A DNA stretch of 61,406 nucleotides, the filler included. It is 10 parts of 10 records of this genome, joined end to end, with 100 filler letters (N's around TTAATTAATTAA, not from the genome) between each part and the next. Parts side by side here need not be neighbours in the genome. Positions count along the whole stretch, not along the records: positions 1 to 6,543 come from SRR15195285_5075; positions 6,644 to 14,369 come from SRR15195285_5083; 8 more parts are not named here. One strand, given 5' to 3'. The stretch's first letter is position 1; every line of letters starts with the position of its first letter. This document shows positions 1-11,044 of the stretch, one piece after another. The notes below the pieces were generated by a model. It had not been told where the DNA came from and ran no database searches. It saw only the letters and a program-made list of their open reading frames with translations. The position numbers and the translations under genes are program-made.

Positions 1-581
1 AGTGAATCATGTGTATTAATCACAAGTCCGCTTACTTCAGCTTACAGTAGCCCATCACGCGTGGGTGGGTCACGGCGTATTCATGCGCGCAATCCTCGTG
101 GCCGTGGCGTGATGCACGAATCAAGGCGGAATATTACGTCACTCCCGGCGGGTTGGTGACTGGTACGATGCGGGGAATGCCGATGATGATCAACAAATGA
201 CAATGACAATGTCAAAGACAATGTGTACACAGTACCGGTACAGCTGTACATATCCATCTAGGTATAAAAACCAGGCAGTAATGACAAACATGAAACAGTA
301 TGCTGCACCAGATACGAGATAGGGAAATACATAATATCCCCGCGAGGCATCCGATAGCGCATGACGCTTTCGCGAGACACGGCGCGCGCGGGCCGCTCCC
401 GCGCGCGCCCGCCGCGCGGGGTTGCGAACGCGCACAAGCAAGTAATCCTGAACCTAGCGAGCGCCGACGGACGCGGCACCGCCCCTGGCCAGGCCCCCTA
501 GCTACGGTAGCCCCGATCGCCGAGCTCCAGGAGCGACTCCACGTGGGACTTGCATCCGGAGCGCTGACTGCTGTACGCAAG

Positions 582-1885
582 ATGGCGATCTCTCGCCTCG
601 GGCTGACTGTGGTCACCCTATTGTGCGTCACGCCGTGGGTGGTCGTGCGAGCAGACTGTTGGAGCGTGCTGGAATTTGAGTGCGGCGCACAGTGCCATCC
701 CGGTGACGCGTCGTGCGCCTTTGACTGCACGTGAGTCCCAACGGCTACCCACGCACTTCGGATGCGCAGACGCTCTGACATTGGCAATGTGGGCGCAGGG
801 AGTGCGCGGGTAACCACCAGCGGGCGCTACACCTCGCAGGCTGCGACAACGTGCGCCACTGTTGCACTGTCGGCGCGTGCGTTTGCGTGCTCGCGTTGAA
901 ACGGTGTGCTCTGACAAGCAGCGTGCTCGTCCGCGGACAGGACGGCATCGCAACCTGGTGCAGTGGCATGCCGATTGCACGATTCAACAGATGTGGGATC
1001 GTGTCCACCGAGTCCGACCTGTCCAAGCTTGCCGCCCACTACAGAATACCCGCCAGCGCGACCCCTCAAGAGAAGATGGGAAAGTACACGCCAACGTGGG
1101 GCAAGATTCCGTACGTTCCCGGACTGACCCAGGGTGGGAACACCAGCGCAGTAATAGTGTACCCCAGCAACCCGAGTGGAGGGGAGTTGTTCCCTTTTCT
1201 GTCCTTCGCTCACGGTACCTTTGTGGGGGGTAAGATTCCGCCGACGGAGGTGACCTACAAGCCCGTGCTGGAGCTTGTGGTCAGCTACGGCTTCGTTGTG
1301 GTCGCACCTGACACGTGCTCCGACAGGGCGTGCTACTCTCAGTTCTCCGCGGACCAGGTCGCCACCATCTCAGCGTGCAAGGCAAACACTACTCTCCACC
1401 CCGGGCTTGCCCATGCCAGCTTCGAGAAGGTGGGCGTGTTCGGTCACTCCATGGGGGGGATGTCTACCCTCGCGTGCGCTGGGGGGTCGTCCCTGGGCAT
1501 CAAGCCCGCAGATTATGGGATTGCAGTGGCGGTGTCGATGCACACCTGCCAGGACTACCTGCTGGACAGAGGTGGTAACGTTTCGGTGCCGATTCTGTTC
1601 ACCGCAGGGGATGCTGACGAAATTTGCGCAGATGGCTGCGCAAAGAAGTTCTACGACTCAGTCACCTACCCTCGCAAGGCATTCCTCGACATCGCGAACG
1701 CGGACCACCATGACCCCACGAGCATGGGGCAGAACAGGGAGGATGAAGCGGTGGCACTGTACCTAAGCTGCCATTTGAAAAACGAAGAGTGCGATAAGGT
1801 GTATGGGCCCTCCGGAAAAGCACTCTGCGCCCAGGTGCAGGGTGGTACCGCGTCGACATGTGAGGTAAACGGCACCGCACCGTAG
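582..1885 (+). CDS. Secreted chlorophyllase/dienelactone-hydrolase-like alpha/beta hydrolase with an N-terminal Cys-rich module (3 exons: 582-730, 799-850, 941-1885)
   Basis: ATG at 582 starts a signal-peptide-like stretch (MAISRLGLTVVTLLCVTPWVVVRA). Introns 731-798 (GTGAGT..CTGAC..CAG) and 851-940 (GTGCGC..CTGAC..CAG) restore a continuous frame. Motifs: FAHG, YGFVVVAP, nucleophile elbow GHSMGG, PILFTAGDAD (acid), ADHH (His). Confidence 0.85.
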
Positions 1886-2256
1886 CCATATGGCTGCTGC
1901 CCGCTGGACAGTGCACTCGTGAGAGCTAGATCTATGGCGCGGGCAAAAACATGGATTTCCTGGGGTGGCTCAGAGGCCCAATGTCTTCTTCTTTTGTCGA
2001 CTAAGTATGGAAACAGATCGGGCTCAAACCTCCTCAACACCCAAGGGAATTCCACGTCCTGTGCGTGCCACGAACGTTAAGAAATGGCCGCACCCCGTCA
2101 CGTAAAGTGAGTCAAGATGATAGGGAAAGTGTGCTAGGTGATACGTGCCAAACGCAGTCCAGTTGTAGTGGCGACATTGTTCCGTAGGTTTGTCATCACC
2201 CGTGATGTCAAGTCAGCATATGGGTCGCATTTATTTGCACGTGTGTCAATACAAGG

Positions 2257-5200
2257 TTAACTGATCGGTACCAAGGGGGGTAGCGTCACCGCTGCCGGCG
2301 GCTGCTGTTTCGGTGCTCTCCGACTACCCACCCCACCACGTCGCTTCGAGGCCGCTGTCGGCACAGCGCCGTAGGCCATCGCTCTCTGTCTCTCGGCACC
2401 CATAAGAGGTGGCAGTGGGACGCCGCTGCCACTCACTCGTCGAGCTCGCGCTGCCTTTGCACCGCTGCCACTCACGGGCTGCATTATCCCGCTTAGATCT
2501 GGCGCAGAGAGCACCACCTTAATGGCCGAGCTCTCCTGCAGATCCTTGAGCACTGTGCGTACTGCACCACTCACAGCGCCGCCTACAATCTCTCGCACAA
2601 CTTCCATGACTGGGTCACGACTAACGCTGCGCTTCTCCTTCTGCTTGGCCATTTTTGCACCACCACCAGCACCTTCGACGATAGGTCGCCCAGTTCGGCG
2701 TCCTCGGCCCCAACGAGCTCTTCGCCCAGGATGACCGTTGCCCTGCGACGCAGCAGCAGCTCGGTATCCCTTGCCGCTGTTACCTGCCACTGACCTCGCC
2801 GCTGAGTTTGCTGCTTCAGCTGCCTTCCGCTTGCCCTCCCGAATTCGATTGGCTAAAATTTGTGCCATTGGAGACAGCTTGTCGCCACCGGATGCAATTC
2901 GCTCGAATGCTCTATGGTCTTCCCTGATGATTTGCTGCCGTGTACCCCCGGTGGAACCAACATCAGAGCTGACGTTGCCAATTGCCGCACACTTTCTGGA
3001 CAACCTCTCGACGGGCTGCTGAGTAAAGGTAGCGACGCTTGGCCCTCGACGACACTGATGCAGCGTGTGTGGGCCGGCGATTTGCGTCTTCTTCCTCTTT
3101 CCCTTTGCCTTCCATACATCCGTTGCACGTGTCTGTTGATTTTGGTCAGTTGCAACAGCGGATGACGATGCCAACGTGACGTGTTCCGTGCTACTCACTT
3201 CTTCATGTATGTTTTTCACCTGATCATCCTCGTACCCTTGCACCGTTTCGCCAAGTTCATCCTCGTCTAGCAGTCCCGAACCATCATCGTCGAGCTTTGT
3301 GAATGCAGTCAACTGCACTGCGTAGTCTGCTAGATTTGACGCGGTTGCGTCCTCTGCGGGCACTGGAGCCTCAGCAAGTGCCTTTGACTCGGTCACAGCG
3401 ACAGAAGTCTCAGCGTGTCGCGCCACAGTGGCTCGACGCACAGCTCTACCTCGCATATGTGCTTGTATCTTTGTTGATGCATTTGTCTCGTGCTGCTGCA
3501 TCTGCCTCCTTGCCGCATTTCTAGCGGCTGCTCGGTGGCGAGTGCTCTGTCGGTCGGTCCGTCCACGAATCCTCGCTTGGATCCTCGTTGCCGCCCACCG
3601 TTGGTCTCGTGCCATCACCCGTGCCTGCCGGCCACGTCTTGCCACACGTCCTCGCTGCATTGCTTGCATTGTCGTCGCTGCCTTAGTCTCTTGCATTCTG
3701 CGTCGACTTGCTCGACCACGTTGCACTGCTTGCATCGTCGTGGCTGCTTCCTGCTCCACTTCATCTGACCGCGCATGAGTCTGGTTCATATCAACATCCT
3801 CTTCGCCCAGTTCTAAGATCTGTGCACGAGTACTTCGCCCGCGATGCACTGCTTGTATGCGTGTTGCTGCAACAGTCATTTCCTCTCTCACACGCGCGTT
3901 AGTCGCTCGCTCGTCTGCAAACAGCCCAGCAGAGTAACGCTGCATACCACGGCCTTTCTGCTGCTTGCATCTGGTGTGTGGAGCTACAGAGACGCTTGAT
4001 CCAGTGTAAGGATCCACAATCTCAGCCCGCTGCTTCTGCTTCTGCTTCTGCCTCTGACATCTCTGCCGAGGATGTGTTGGTTCCGCACTTCCGCCAGTAT
4101 CACAAGTTGACGGCGACACGGCAGATTCTGAGTCAGGTCCAGACAGCTCACGCATGAGTCCCGCAGTCAGCTCGTCGACAAAATCTCGAGCGATGTCGTC
4201 TTCGACCTTGTGCGTCTGTGCTGACGGTGTCGTGTCTCCGTGTGGTCTTCCCGATGTCACTGCAGCTGCTCTTGCGTCGCCTACGACCGTAGAAGACTCC
4301 CACGGTGGCCGCATGACTGACTTTGGAGGGCGGTAGTGCCTCGCTGACGCGATCACCTCTGTCGGCGCCTCCCAGGATTCGTCGATCGCTCGCGACTCTT
4401 CGTGAGTGCCTGGACGTGCAGCCACCTGGCGCCGCTGCTGGCGCACGATTCGAGCTTTTGCCTTGCTAGCCTTTTTCTTCTCTGTCATTCGTCTCTCGAT
4501 TAGCTCCGCCCGCAGGAGGTTGGCTCCGAAGCCGATCCCGACACCACCTTGCTTTCCTAGCTTATCAACCCGTGCCATGACAGCAGAAATGTCACCGTAC
4601 GGTGAGGCAACGTCCTTCGTCTTCGTCTTAACTCCCTGCATGCCACGTTGGCGCCGGTGCTCTGAGCCGTGCGCAGCTATCCGACCGTGAACTAAGTCCA
4701 ACGGCGCTGGCGACTGACTTGAGACAGACCGCGGCGACGCCGATTGCCGTGTAGACCGCGGAGACAATTCCGACACCACCACGCCGCTACCTCCTGGCTC
4801 TACATTAGCCGCTCCATCATGACCTGGTGCGCGTGCATAAGACGCTTCGCCGGCAGATTCGCCAGTTTCGATCACAGGCGAGAGGCTGGGCTCTGCCGCA
4901 CAGTTGTCCAGCAACGACGGTGGCGCCAGCACCAGCGGCTGCTTCGTGGCAGTCTCGTGCTGGCACCAGTCGCTAAACTCGTCCACAGTGATCAGTCCGT
5001 CGTTGTTGCCGTCGATCTCGCCGAAAATCACTGCCAAATCCTCGTTGCTGATCATGTACCGACCAATGCGTTTTGCTGCGCTCACCAGCTCGTGATAATC
5101 AATCATCCCTGAGTGATCACCGTCTACACGGCCGAAAAGTCGGGTTAGTCCGCGCTTTCCCGTCGGATCGTTCATGTCACCATACGCCGCTGCCCGGAAC

Positions 5201-6117
5201 TTGCGTCGCATCGCTGCCGCTTGTGGCTCGATAGCTCTCCGCCGGACCCACAGTGCCTCCTCCGCCGCGCTTCTTCGGGACTCCACGGCGGTGTGCACTG
5301 CCATGAAGGCCATGCACCGCGACGAGGTGACGTGCTGCTTCTTCGCTGCAGCAAGGGCTGCCTCGTATGCCTGCAGCAGGCCGGTTTCCCGTGGAGTCGA
5401 CGTCTCACGGTCACGCAGTACCGCGCGCTCTAGCCAGCCCTGCAGGTCCCCCTTATCCAGCCCCGAGCCCACCATCTCGCAGCTCGCGGCCAAGATATCG
5501 AAGTAGATGCGCCAGTAGTAGCTGAGCCAGCCGCCCTCGGCGTGCTCGCCGGCCGACGCGGGCAGGAAGATCTCGGAGAGCTGTCCTATCGGAATTCCAC
5601 CACCCTGGTTGCTAATCGCCTCCAGGTCGTCGTAGGCATCGCCCACGCGCTCCATGACAGCCACCGCACGGCGGCAGCGGCGCGCGACGGTCGGGATCGG
5701 GCGCTCGTCCCTGGGCCCGCTCTCCGCGAGCACCAGGGCGCGCGCAGACTCTGCAAAGAACTCCATCGCGCTGCACCACTCGCCAACCAGCTCCGCCCAG
5801 TCGTCAGCGTCGGCGCGGCTGTGCGCGGCGTCCCCGTCCCCCAGCCTCTGCGCGACCGCTGCCGCCGCGAGCGCGACCGCCTGGTCGCGCGTCGTGGTGA
5901 TGATCTCGTCGATCTCCGTTCGCAGCTTCGCCCAGAACGGCCGGTGGTGCATCGCTTTGCCGCGCGCGCCGCCCTTGTCCTGCCGCTCCCCCCGCTGCGG
6001 CGAGGCATCGCTGATGATGTGGTCCAGGTGCGAGAGCCGCGCCGCCTCCCGCACCGCCGGGTCGTCGGCCAGCACGGTCAGCGCATCCCGCAGCTTCTGC
6101 GTGGTCCACAGCTCCAT
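2257..6117 (-). CDS. Large EF-hand and IQ-motif protein (1286 aa)
   Basis: Long ORF with EF-hand loops DGDHSGMIDYHE, DGNNDGLITVDE and DDDGSGLLDEDE. Five IQ motifs: IQAVHRGRSTR, MQAVQRGRASR, MQAMQRGRVAR, IQARIRGRTDR, IQAHMRGRAVR. Confidence 0.85.
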   Translation of the reverse strand: MELWTTQKLRDALTVLADDPAVREAARLSHLDHIISDASPQRGERQDKGGARGKAMHHRPFWAKLRTEIDEIITTTRDQAVALAAAAVAQRLGDGDAAHSRADADDWAELVGEWCSAMEFFAESARALVLAESGPRDERPIPTVARRCRRAVAVMERVGDAYDDLEAISNQGGGIPIGQLSEIFLPASAGEHAEGGWLSYYWRIYFDILAASCEMVGSGLDKGDLQGWLERAVLRDRETSTPRETGLLQAYEAALAAAKKQHVTSSRCMAFMAVHTAVESRRSAAEEALWVRRRAIEPQAAAMRRKFRAAAYGDMNDPTGKRGLTRLFGRVDGDHSGMIDYHELVSAAKRIGRYMISNEDLAVIFGEIDGNNDGLITVDEFSDWCQHETATKQPLVLAPPSLLDNCAAEPSLSPVIETGESAGEASYARAPGHDGAANVEPGGSGVVVSELSPRSTRQSASPRSVSSQSPAPLDLVHGRIAAHGSEHRRQRGMQGVKTKTKDVASPYGDISAVMARVDKLGKQGGVGIGFGANLLRAELIERRMTEKKKASKAKARIVRQQRRQVAARPGTHEESRAIDESWEAPTEVIASARHYRPPKSVMRPPWESSTVVGDARAAAVTSGRPHGDTTPSAQTHKVEDDIARDFVDELTAGLMRELSGPDSESAVSPSTCDTGGSAEPTHPRQRCQRQKQKQKQRAEIVDPYTGSSVSVAPHTRCKQQKGRGMQRYSAGLFADERATNARVREEMTVAATRIQAVHRGRSTRAQILELGEEDVDMNQTHARSDEVEQEAATTMQAVQRGRASRRRMQETKAATTMQAMQRGRVARRGRQARVMARDQRWAATRIQARIRGRTDRQSTRHRAAARNAARRQMQQHETNASTKIQAHMRGRAVRRATVARHAETSVAVTESKALAEAPVPAEDATASNLADYAVQLTAFTKLDDDGSGLLDEDELGETVQGYEDDQVKNIHEEVSSTEHVTLASSSAVATDQNQQTRATDVWKAKGKRKKTQIAGPHTLHQCRRGPSVATFTQQPVERLSRKCAAIGNVSSDVGSTGGTRQQIIREDHRAFERIASGGDKLSPMAQILANRIREGKRKAAEAANSAARSVAGNSGKGYRAAAASQGNGHPGRRARWGRGRRTGRPIVEGAGGGAKMAKQKEKRSVSRDPVMEVVREIVGGAVSGAVRTVLKDLQESSAIKVVLSAPDLSGIMQPVSGSGAKAARARRVSGSGVPLPPLMGAERQRAMAYGAVPTAASKRRGGVGSRRAPKQQPPAAVTLPPLVPIS

Positions 6118-6316
6118 CGCCGCTGTTTCAAGAACGAGGTCAAGCAGCCGTCGGTCCCGCCGCCATGTGGATGATCACACGCCCATCAGAGGCCCCGTGC
6201 ACCCCCGCACGGCACCACCATCGCCATCGCCACATACAGCGATTCAGAGCCTCCGGTACCGCCAGCCCCAGTCCACTCTATGGGGCCACAGTTGCACGTA
6301 CAGTCAGTTGTACGTG

Positions 6317-6386
6317 CAGTCAACTGTACGGGGCGGAAAATGGGGCGACCTCACCCTCCCCATTCAACTGTATGGGCAGGACCATC
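6317..6386. repeat. Dispersed repeat unit related to 39192-39270
   Basis: CAGTCAACTGTACGGGGCGGAAAATGGGGCGACC..CCCCATTCAACTGTATGGGC..GACCATC aligns by eye with CAGTCAATAGTGTGGGGGTGAAAATGGGCTGACC..CCCCAGTCAATAGTATGAGGGC..GACCATC on another contig. Confidence 0.6.
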
Positions 6387-6543
6387 ATGCACCGTTGCCG
6401 TGAGATCGTACCAGCATTATAATACTAGTATCTTGATCAGAGAGCGTTCACTCAAAAAACACCAATTTCAGTGGTAGTGCGCAAGAAAAAGCAGCGACTT
6501 GAGGGGGTCAGAAGGGTGCACTGCAGTTCTCAGTGAGTTTTCA

Positions 6544-6643
6544 NNNNNNNNNNNNNNNNNNNNNNNNNNNNNNNNNNNNNNNNNNNNTTAATTAATTAAN
6601 NNNNNNNNNNNNNNNNNNNNNNNNNNNNNNNNNNNNNNNNNNN
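6544..6643. other. Artificial contig spacer
   Basis: 100 nt of N-run + TTAATTAATTAA (stops in all frames) + N-run. Confidence 0.99.
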
Positions 6644-7280
6644 GGAGCCTCGATTGCATGTTCTTTTCCCCTTGTAAGGGGAATACTAGTAGGTCAATTA
6701 CGGGATAGTACAATGTAGAGTAAGAACTTCCTACTCAGGTTGGTCATCAAGCAGCCAGCAAGCGCTGACGTGGCCCAGAGGGAATTCCTACTATTGATAC
6801 CGTATCCCGGAGGATAGTACGTCAGAATCGTACGAATACCAATGTTTAGTACGGCGGCAGCTGGACCCGTATTATAGTCGGATCCTCCGAACGCCAGAAC
6901 GGGCCAGGATGGCGCAATTTTCCAATACAGACAGACGCTGCAGAAACACCGCACCGACAAAGACCCGAAACATCCGGAATCCTGTATCATTTTGTGCGAA
7001 GCTGATCATTCTGATCAAGAGCGGATGATGAGAACCGACCGCACTGGTCCGCAGCGCGAAGGCGGCACGCACGTGAGCGTGCGTCTCTACCATACTATTG
7101 ATACAGTAGTACGATCCCGGGTACGTTGTCTGTCCGCCTGTATAAATAATCTCGTAATGCCAACGGCATGTGGCTCGGTATTTGTATATATAATTGTGGT
7201 GTTTAATACGACATTATGGACCGGACACGTCCTCCGTGGGGCGGGCAGCAAGCGATGATGGCGATGGCGATGATGCTGTA

Positions 7281-7316
7281 GGTGCTGTCGGTGCTGTCGG
7301 TGCTGTCGGTGCTGCA
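7281..7316. repeat. 9-bp tandem repeat (GGTGCTGTC)x4
   Basis: Read directly: ggtgctgtcggtgctgtcggtgctgtcggtgctgca. Confidence 0.85.
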
Positions 7317-7823
7317 GCCACTTGATCATCTGCTTGTCCCGCCCGCCAGGGGGCACAGTGCAGCCCAGGGTTGGACAGCTGTGTCGTCGAGTTGAGCTGT
7401 GTGGGACCCTAGCCCCGCCCGCCTCAAGGGAAGAAGGGTGGGGGGTTGGGGGGTTGGGGGGGCGCCCTGTGAGGCAAGTGGACAGTCTCGCTGCGTGGGT
7501 GTGGGAGCGCTGCGTGGGGGTGGGAGTGTGCTAGGAGAGGCGGCGTGCTGCGCGTGGGGGCGCTGGGCGGGGAAGGGGTCGGTCGAGGTGACCCCTGGGG
7601 GGTGTTGAGGGCCCCCGCAGTTTGGCTGGCCGGAGGAGCTAGATCTAGCTCCGCGTAGGCCGAAGGAGACAGCTGCTGTGTGCTTTCGAGCTCCGCCTTT
7701 CGGCTCCTGCTAGTAGAGACGCTTTTCCGAGTCGATGGGGTTGGTTCGATAAGGAGGGCCCGAACTGGGCGGGGGTGGGAGCGCGGTGGGCGGTCCTAGT
7801 TACCGTACCTGGGGGCTGTGCGG

Positions 7824-10800
7824 ATGGGCAAGCACAGCCACTCAAAAAAGCACCTCGCGCAAGAGATCGTGCAGCAGCCGAAGGAGCTCGAAGAGGTACG
7901 GGCGCCGCCGTAGCCGCGTTCCAACAGTTTCCGCCGCTCGCCTCACCCTCGCTACTGTCGCCGCGTCCGCAGCTGGATGAGGACACGCTGCTGGACTTGA
8001 CGTGGGCGTTCATCGCCATCGACCTCAACCACTCCGGGACCATCGATCCTCACGAATTGTCTTGCATTCTGGGTGTGCTCGCGGGTGACTTGCATGTGAG
8101 AAAGGGGCAAGGCTCGTCCAAAAAGGGGCAGGCCTCGCAGCAGACATGGGCGAAGAAGAATGTTAAAGAAATCATGACGGCCGCGAAGGTAGGGTTCAAG
8201 GAGTACCGTCTGGAGAATGACCTGCAGGATCTGCCGAATGAGTATCATTACCCCGAGGCGATTAATCCAGACGATCTCACGACCGAGATCAACCGCACGA
8301 CAGAAGGCGTTTACGAACTGGAGAAGGACAACAGAAAGCAGCGCAAGCGGCATCGGAAGCTTGAGGCAAAGTATGGGCATGCAAAGCCAGCGGGCGACCC
8401 GATCCTGACGAAATTCTTCAGTACAGCGAGCAAGGACGTCCTGAAAATGTCCAAGAAGGTGGTGGTAGGGGCCAAGGAGGCGGCCAAGGGAATCCTCGAC
8501 AGAGTGCCCCAAGACGAGCTGCACTTCGCTGAGTTCATCTACATGTGCCAGAGTAGGCAGCTCGACGACCTGCTTCCGGATCACGACTGGAAAGCCAGCA
8601 TCCACCAGATTCACGCGCTGCGTCGGGCTTTCGATACTGCGGATGTCGATGGAGACGACTGTCTGGAACAGGGAGAGTTTGAGCTCGTTGTCGATACGCT
8701 GCACATGGGACACGATCTGACGGAAGAGGACATCCATTACAGCTGGTCTGTGCTTATCGGCTCCGTTCGGGAACAAGATCCCAACCATGAAAACCATCTG
8801 AGCTTCACTGAGTTCATCGTCGGAATCCAGCGCTTGAAAGCAGACGAGCGCATTGGTGACCGGCTGGATTTGACGAAAGAGAGCCCGTGGACCATGCTTT
8901 CGTTGTTAATTGACACGCCGGTATCGGAGTTAGAGGAGCAGAGGCTGACGAAGCAGCTGACCAGCCTGGAGCGTCTCGGACTGGCCATGGTTAAGGGCAC
9001 GCAGTATCCCATGAACCGCGACAAAATAAAGGATGTGCTGAAAAAATGCGTCGACGGCAACCTCAGGGAGTTGACCGATGGGAAGCGTGAGCGACTACGC
9101 CTAGTTTGGTGGCACTGCGTGCTTCAGGCTTTGATTATCGGCTTCATAGCGTGTGGAATATCCTCGCCTGCCGAGAATTTGTTCGTGTACTGGTTTCGCA
9201 ACGATGGTCTGGTGGATATCGATTGCGTATGCTACACGCGCGGCTGTATGTTCAACCCTGGCAGCTTGGGAATACCTGCTGAAGACCTAGCGCCTGGTGA
9301 TACTACGATCCCTGGATCCTTTGTTGACATGTTCAAGTCAACTCTTACGAACCCAGACCCGTGCGACACTGGCTACGCTGAGACTACCGACGTCGACGGT
9401 GCCGTACAGGTGCGGTACTCATGCACGTTTCATGACTTCAGCCAGGCCGTGGACGATCACGGCGATGCGGCCAAGGATTGGTGCGACGTAGAAGCCTGCC
9501 AACCAATACCGGGTGGATGGAACAGGCCGGCACCAAACGTTGACCCAGCAGACGGAGAGACACCAATTGACCAGCCGTCGTGGGAGGCCGCGCGCAACTG
9601 TAGTGCGCGCACAAACAGTACCTGTGGTTTCAAAGACGCTTGGAATATGGGAACTTACAGGCCCGGTATTGACCCGGCGACCGGCCTTTACTATGGCCAA
9701 GGCGACGAGATGGCCGACGAATGTTGGACCAACTGGTGGGCGGCCGCGTGGTTCTGGGTGTTCTGCATGTCTGTGGTGATCTTGTGCTGCGTGGTCGAGA
9801 TTGGGTTGCTGATGTACTACGGGGTCTACCACTCGATGCGAGTTGCATGGGCATTAGGGTACAGGCTCTCGCCGCTAAACGAGGACCGAGCGTTCCTTGC
9901 AGACGCACTGGTGCGAGGAGCCTTCGAGCTAGGTAACCCGGAGAATCGGGTGTTAGGGGTGGATCCGACTGCAGAGGTCGGCGAGGCGACTCGCTGGCGC
10001 CTCGCCCTCGTCATTTTCTTGTGGAAGGGCAAGATTGTACTCTGTGCGGCAGTGATGAAGTTCATCTGGGGTTGCGTGTTCCCGTGGCACACGGCGGTAT
10101 GGGTGAAACCTTGGCTGTCGATGCCGTCTGATATGTTCTGGAATGCCATGACGGCCCACATCGTCATCACCCAGGCACAGATTCGCGGGGTTGGCGTTGC
10201 AGTAGCGCACGAGTGTTTCAACGAAATCATGGATTACGGCAACTTCAGGCAGGCTTCCATGACGGAGATTCACAAGTTGCAAACCGCTCGGGCGATCGGT
10301 GTCGCGATCGTCAAACACGGCAATCTTTACCCGAGCATGGAGGTGCTACTTCGTCACGGCATCGCCTGGATGAAGATGCAATCGAACCCCGCGGTACTGG
10401 CAAAGGAGGGCCAAGAAAAGATTTTGGACAACCCGGAGGCTTTCGTTGCTGACATGAAGGAGCTAAGCAAGGACGAGAAGATCGCGGTACTCCAAGTGCA
10501 TCTCCTGTGTGGTGTGCTCGACGGCAACGCCAACACGCGCCTGCAGGAATCGTTCAAGGCCGCATTACAGGTACAGCTTGCGCACCTACTCATTCGCACA
10601 CCGGCAGATCATCGTTCCGTCTTGCTCAGCGTTTCAACGCGTTGCGATCATAAAAGCTCGTTCTGAAAACGGGTGTGTGTGGCCAACAGGCGTGCAACGA
10701 GCCGGGATGGAAATTCAGTGCCAAGCGATTAAAGTTTGTCGCCCAGGAGTTCCGCAACCTGGAGAAGCCTCTGAAAGCCGATATGCTGCGGCAAGCGTTC

Positions 10801-10902
10801 ATGTTTGATGAGTACCCGCACGTCCATATCAAGGAGTGCTCATGCCACGGGTACCACTTGCGCGAGTGGGCCCACTGTTGCACAGAGTGGCTCACAATAT
10901 AA
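7824..10902 (+). CDS. EF-hand-containing multi-pass membrane protein with a Cys-rich extracellular loop (exons 7824-7895, 7973-10570, 10690-10902)
   Basis: Exon 1 MGKHSHSKK..KELEE|GTACGG..CCGCAG joins in frame. Intron 10571-10689 (GTACAG..CAACAG) joins the terminal exon ACNEPGW..WLTI*. EF-hands DLNHSGTIDPHE and DVDGDDCLEQGE. Several hydrophobic segments. Confidence 0.8.
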
Positions 10903-11044
10903 TAGAGTCATTCAAAGCTACGCAGAGACTAATGGGAAGTTCATTTGTCACTACCAAGCATGTAGATGCATATGGGCGTTCGTTTCCCCCTGCGCCTATG
11001 GCCGTCGCAAACGATTCGGCCACGGCGCATGACATCACCCCCGC

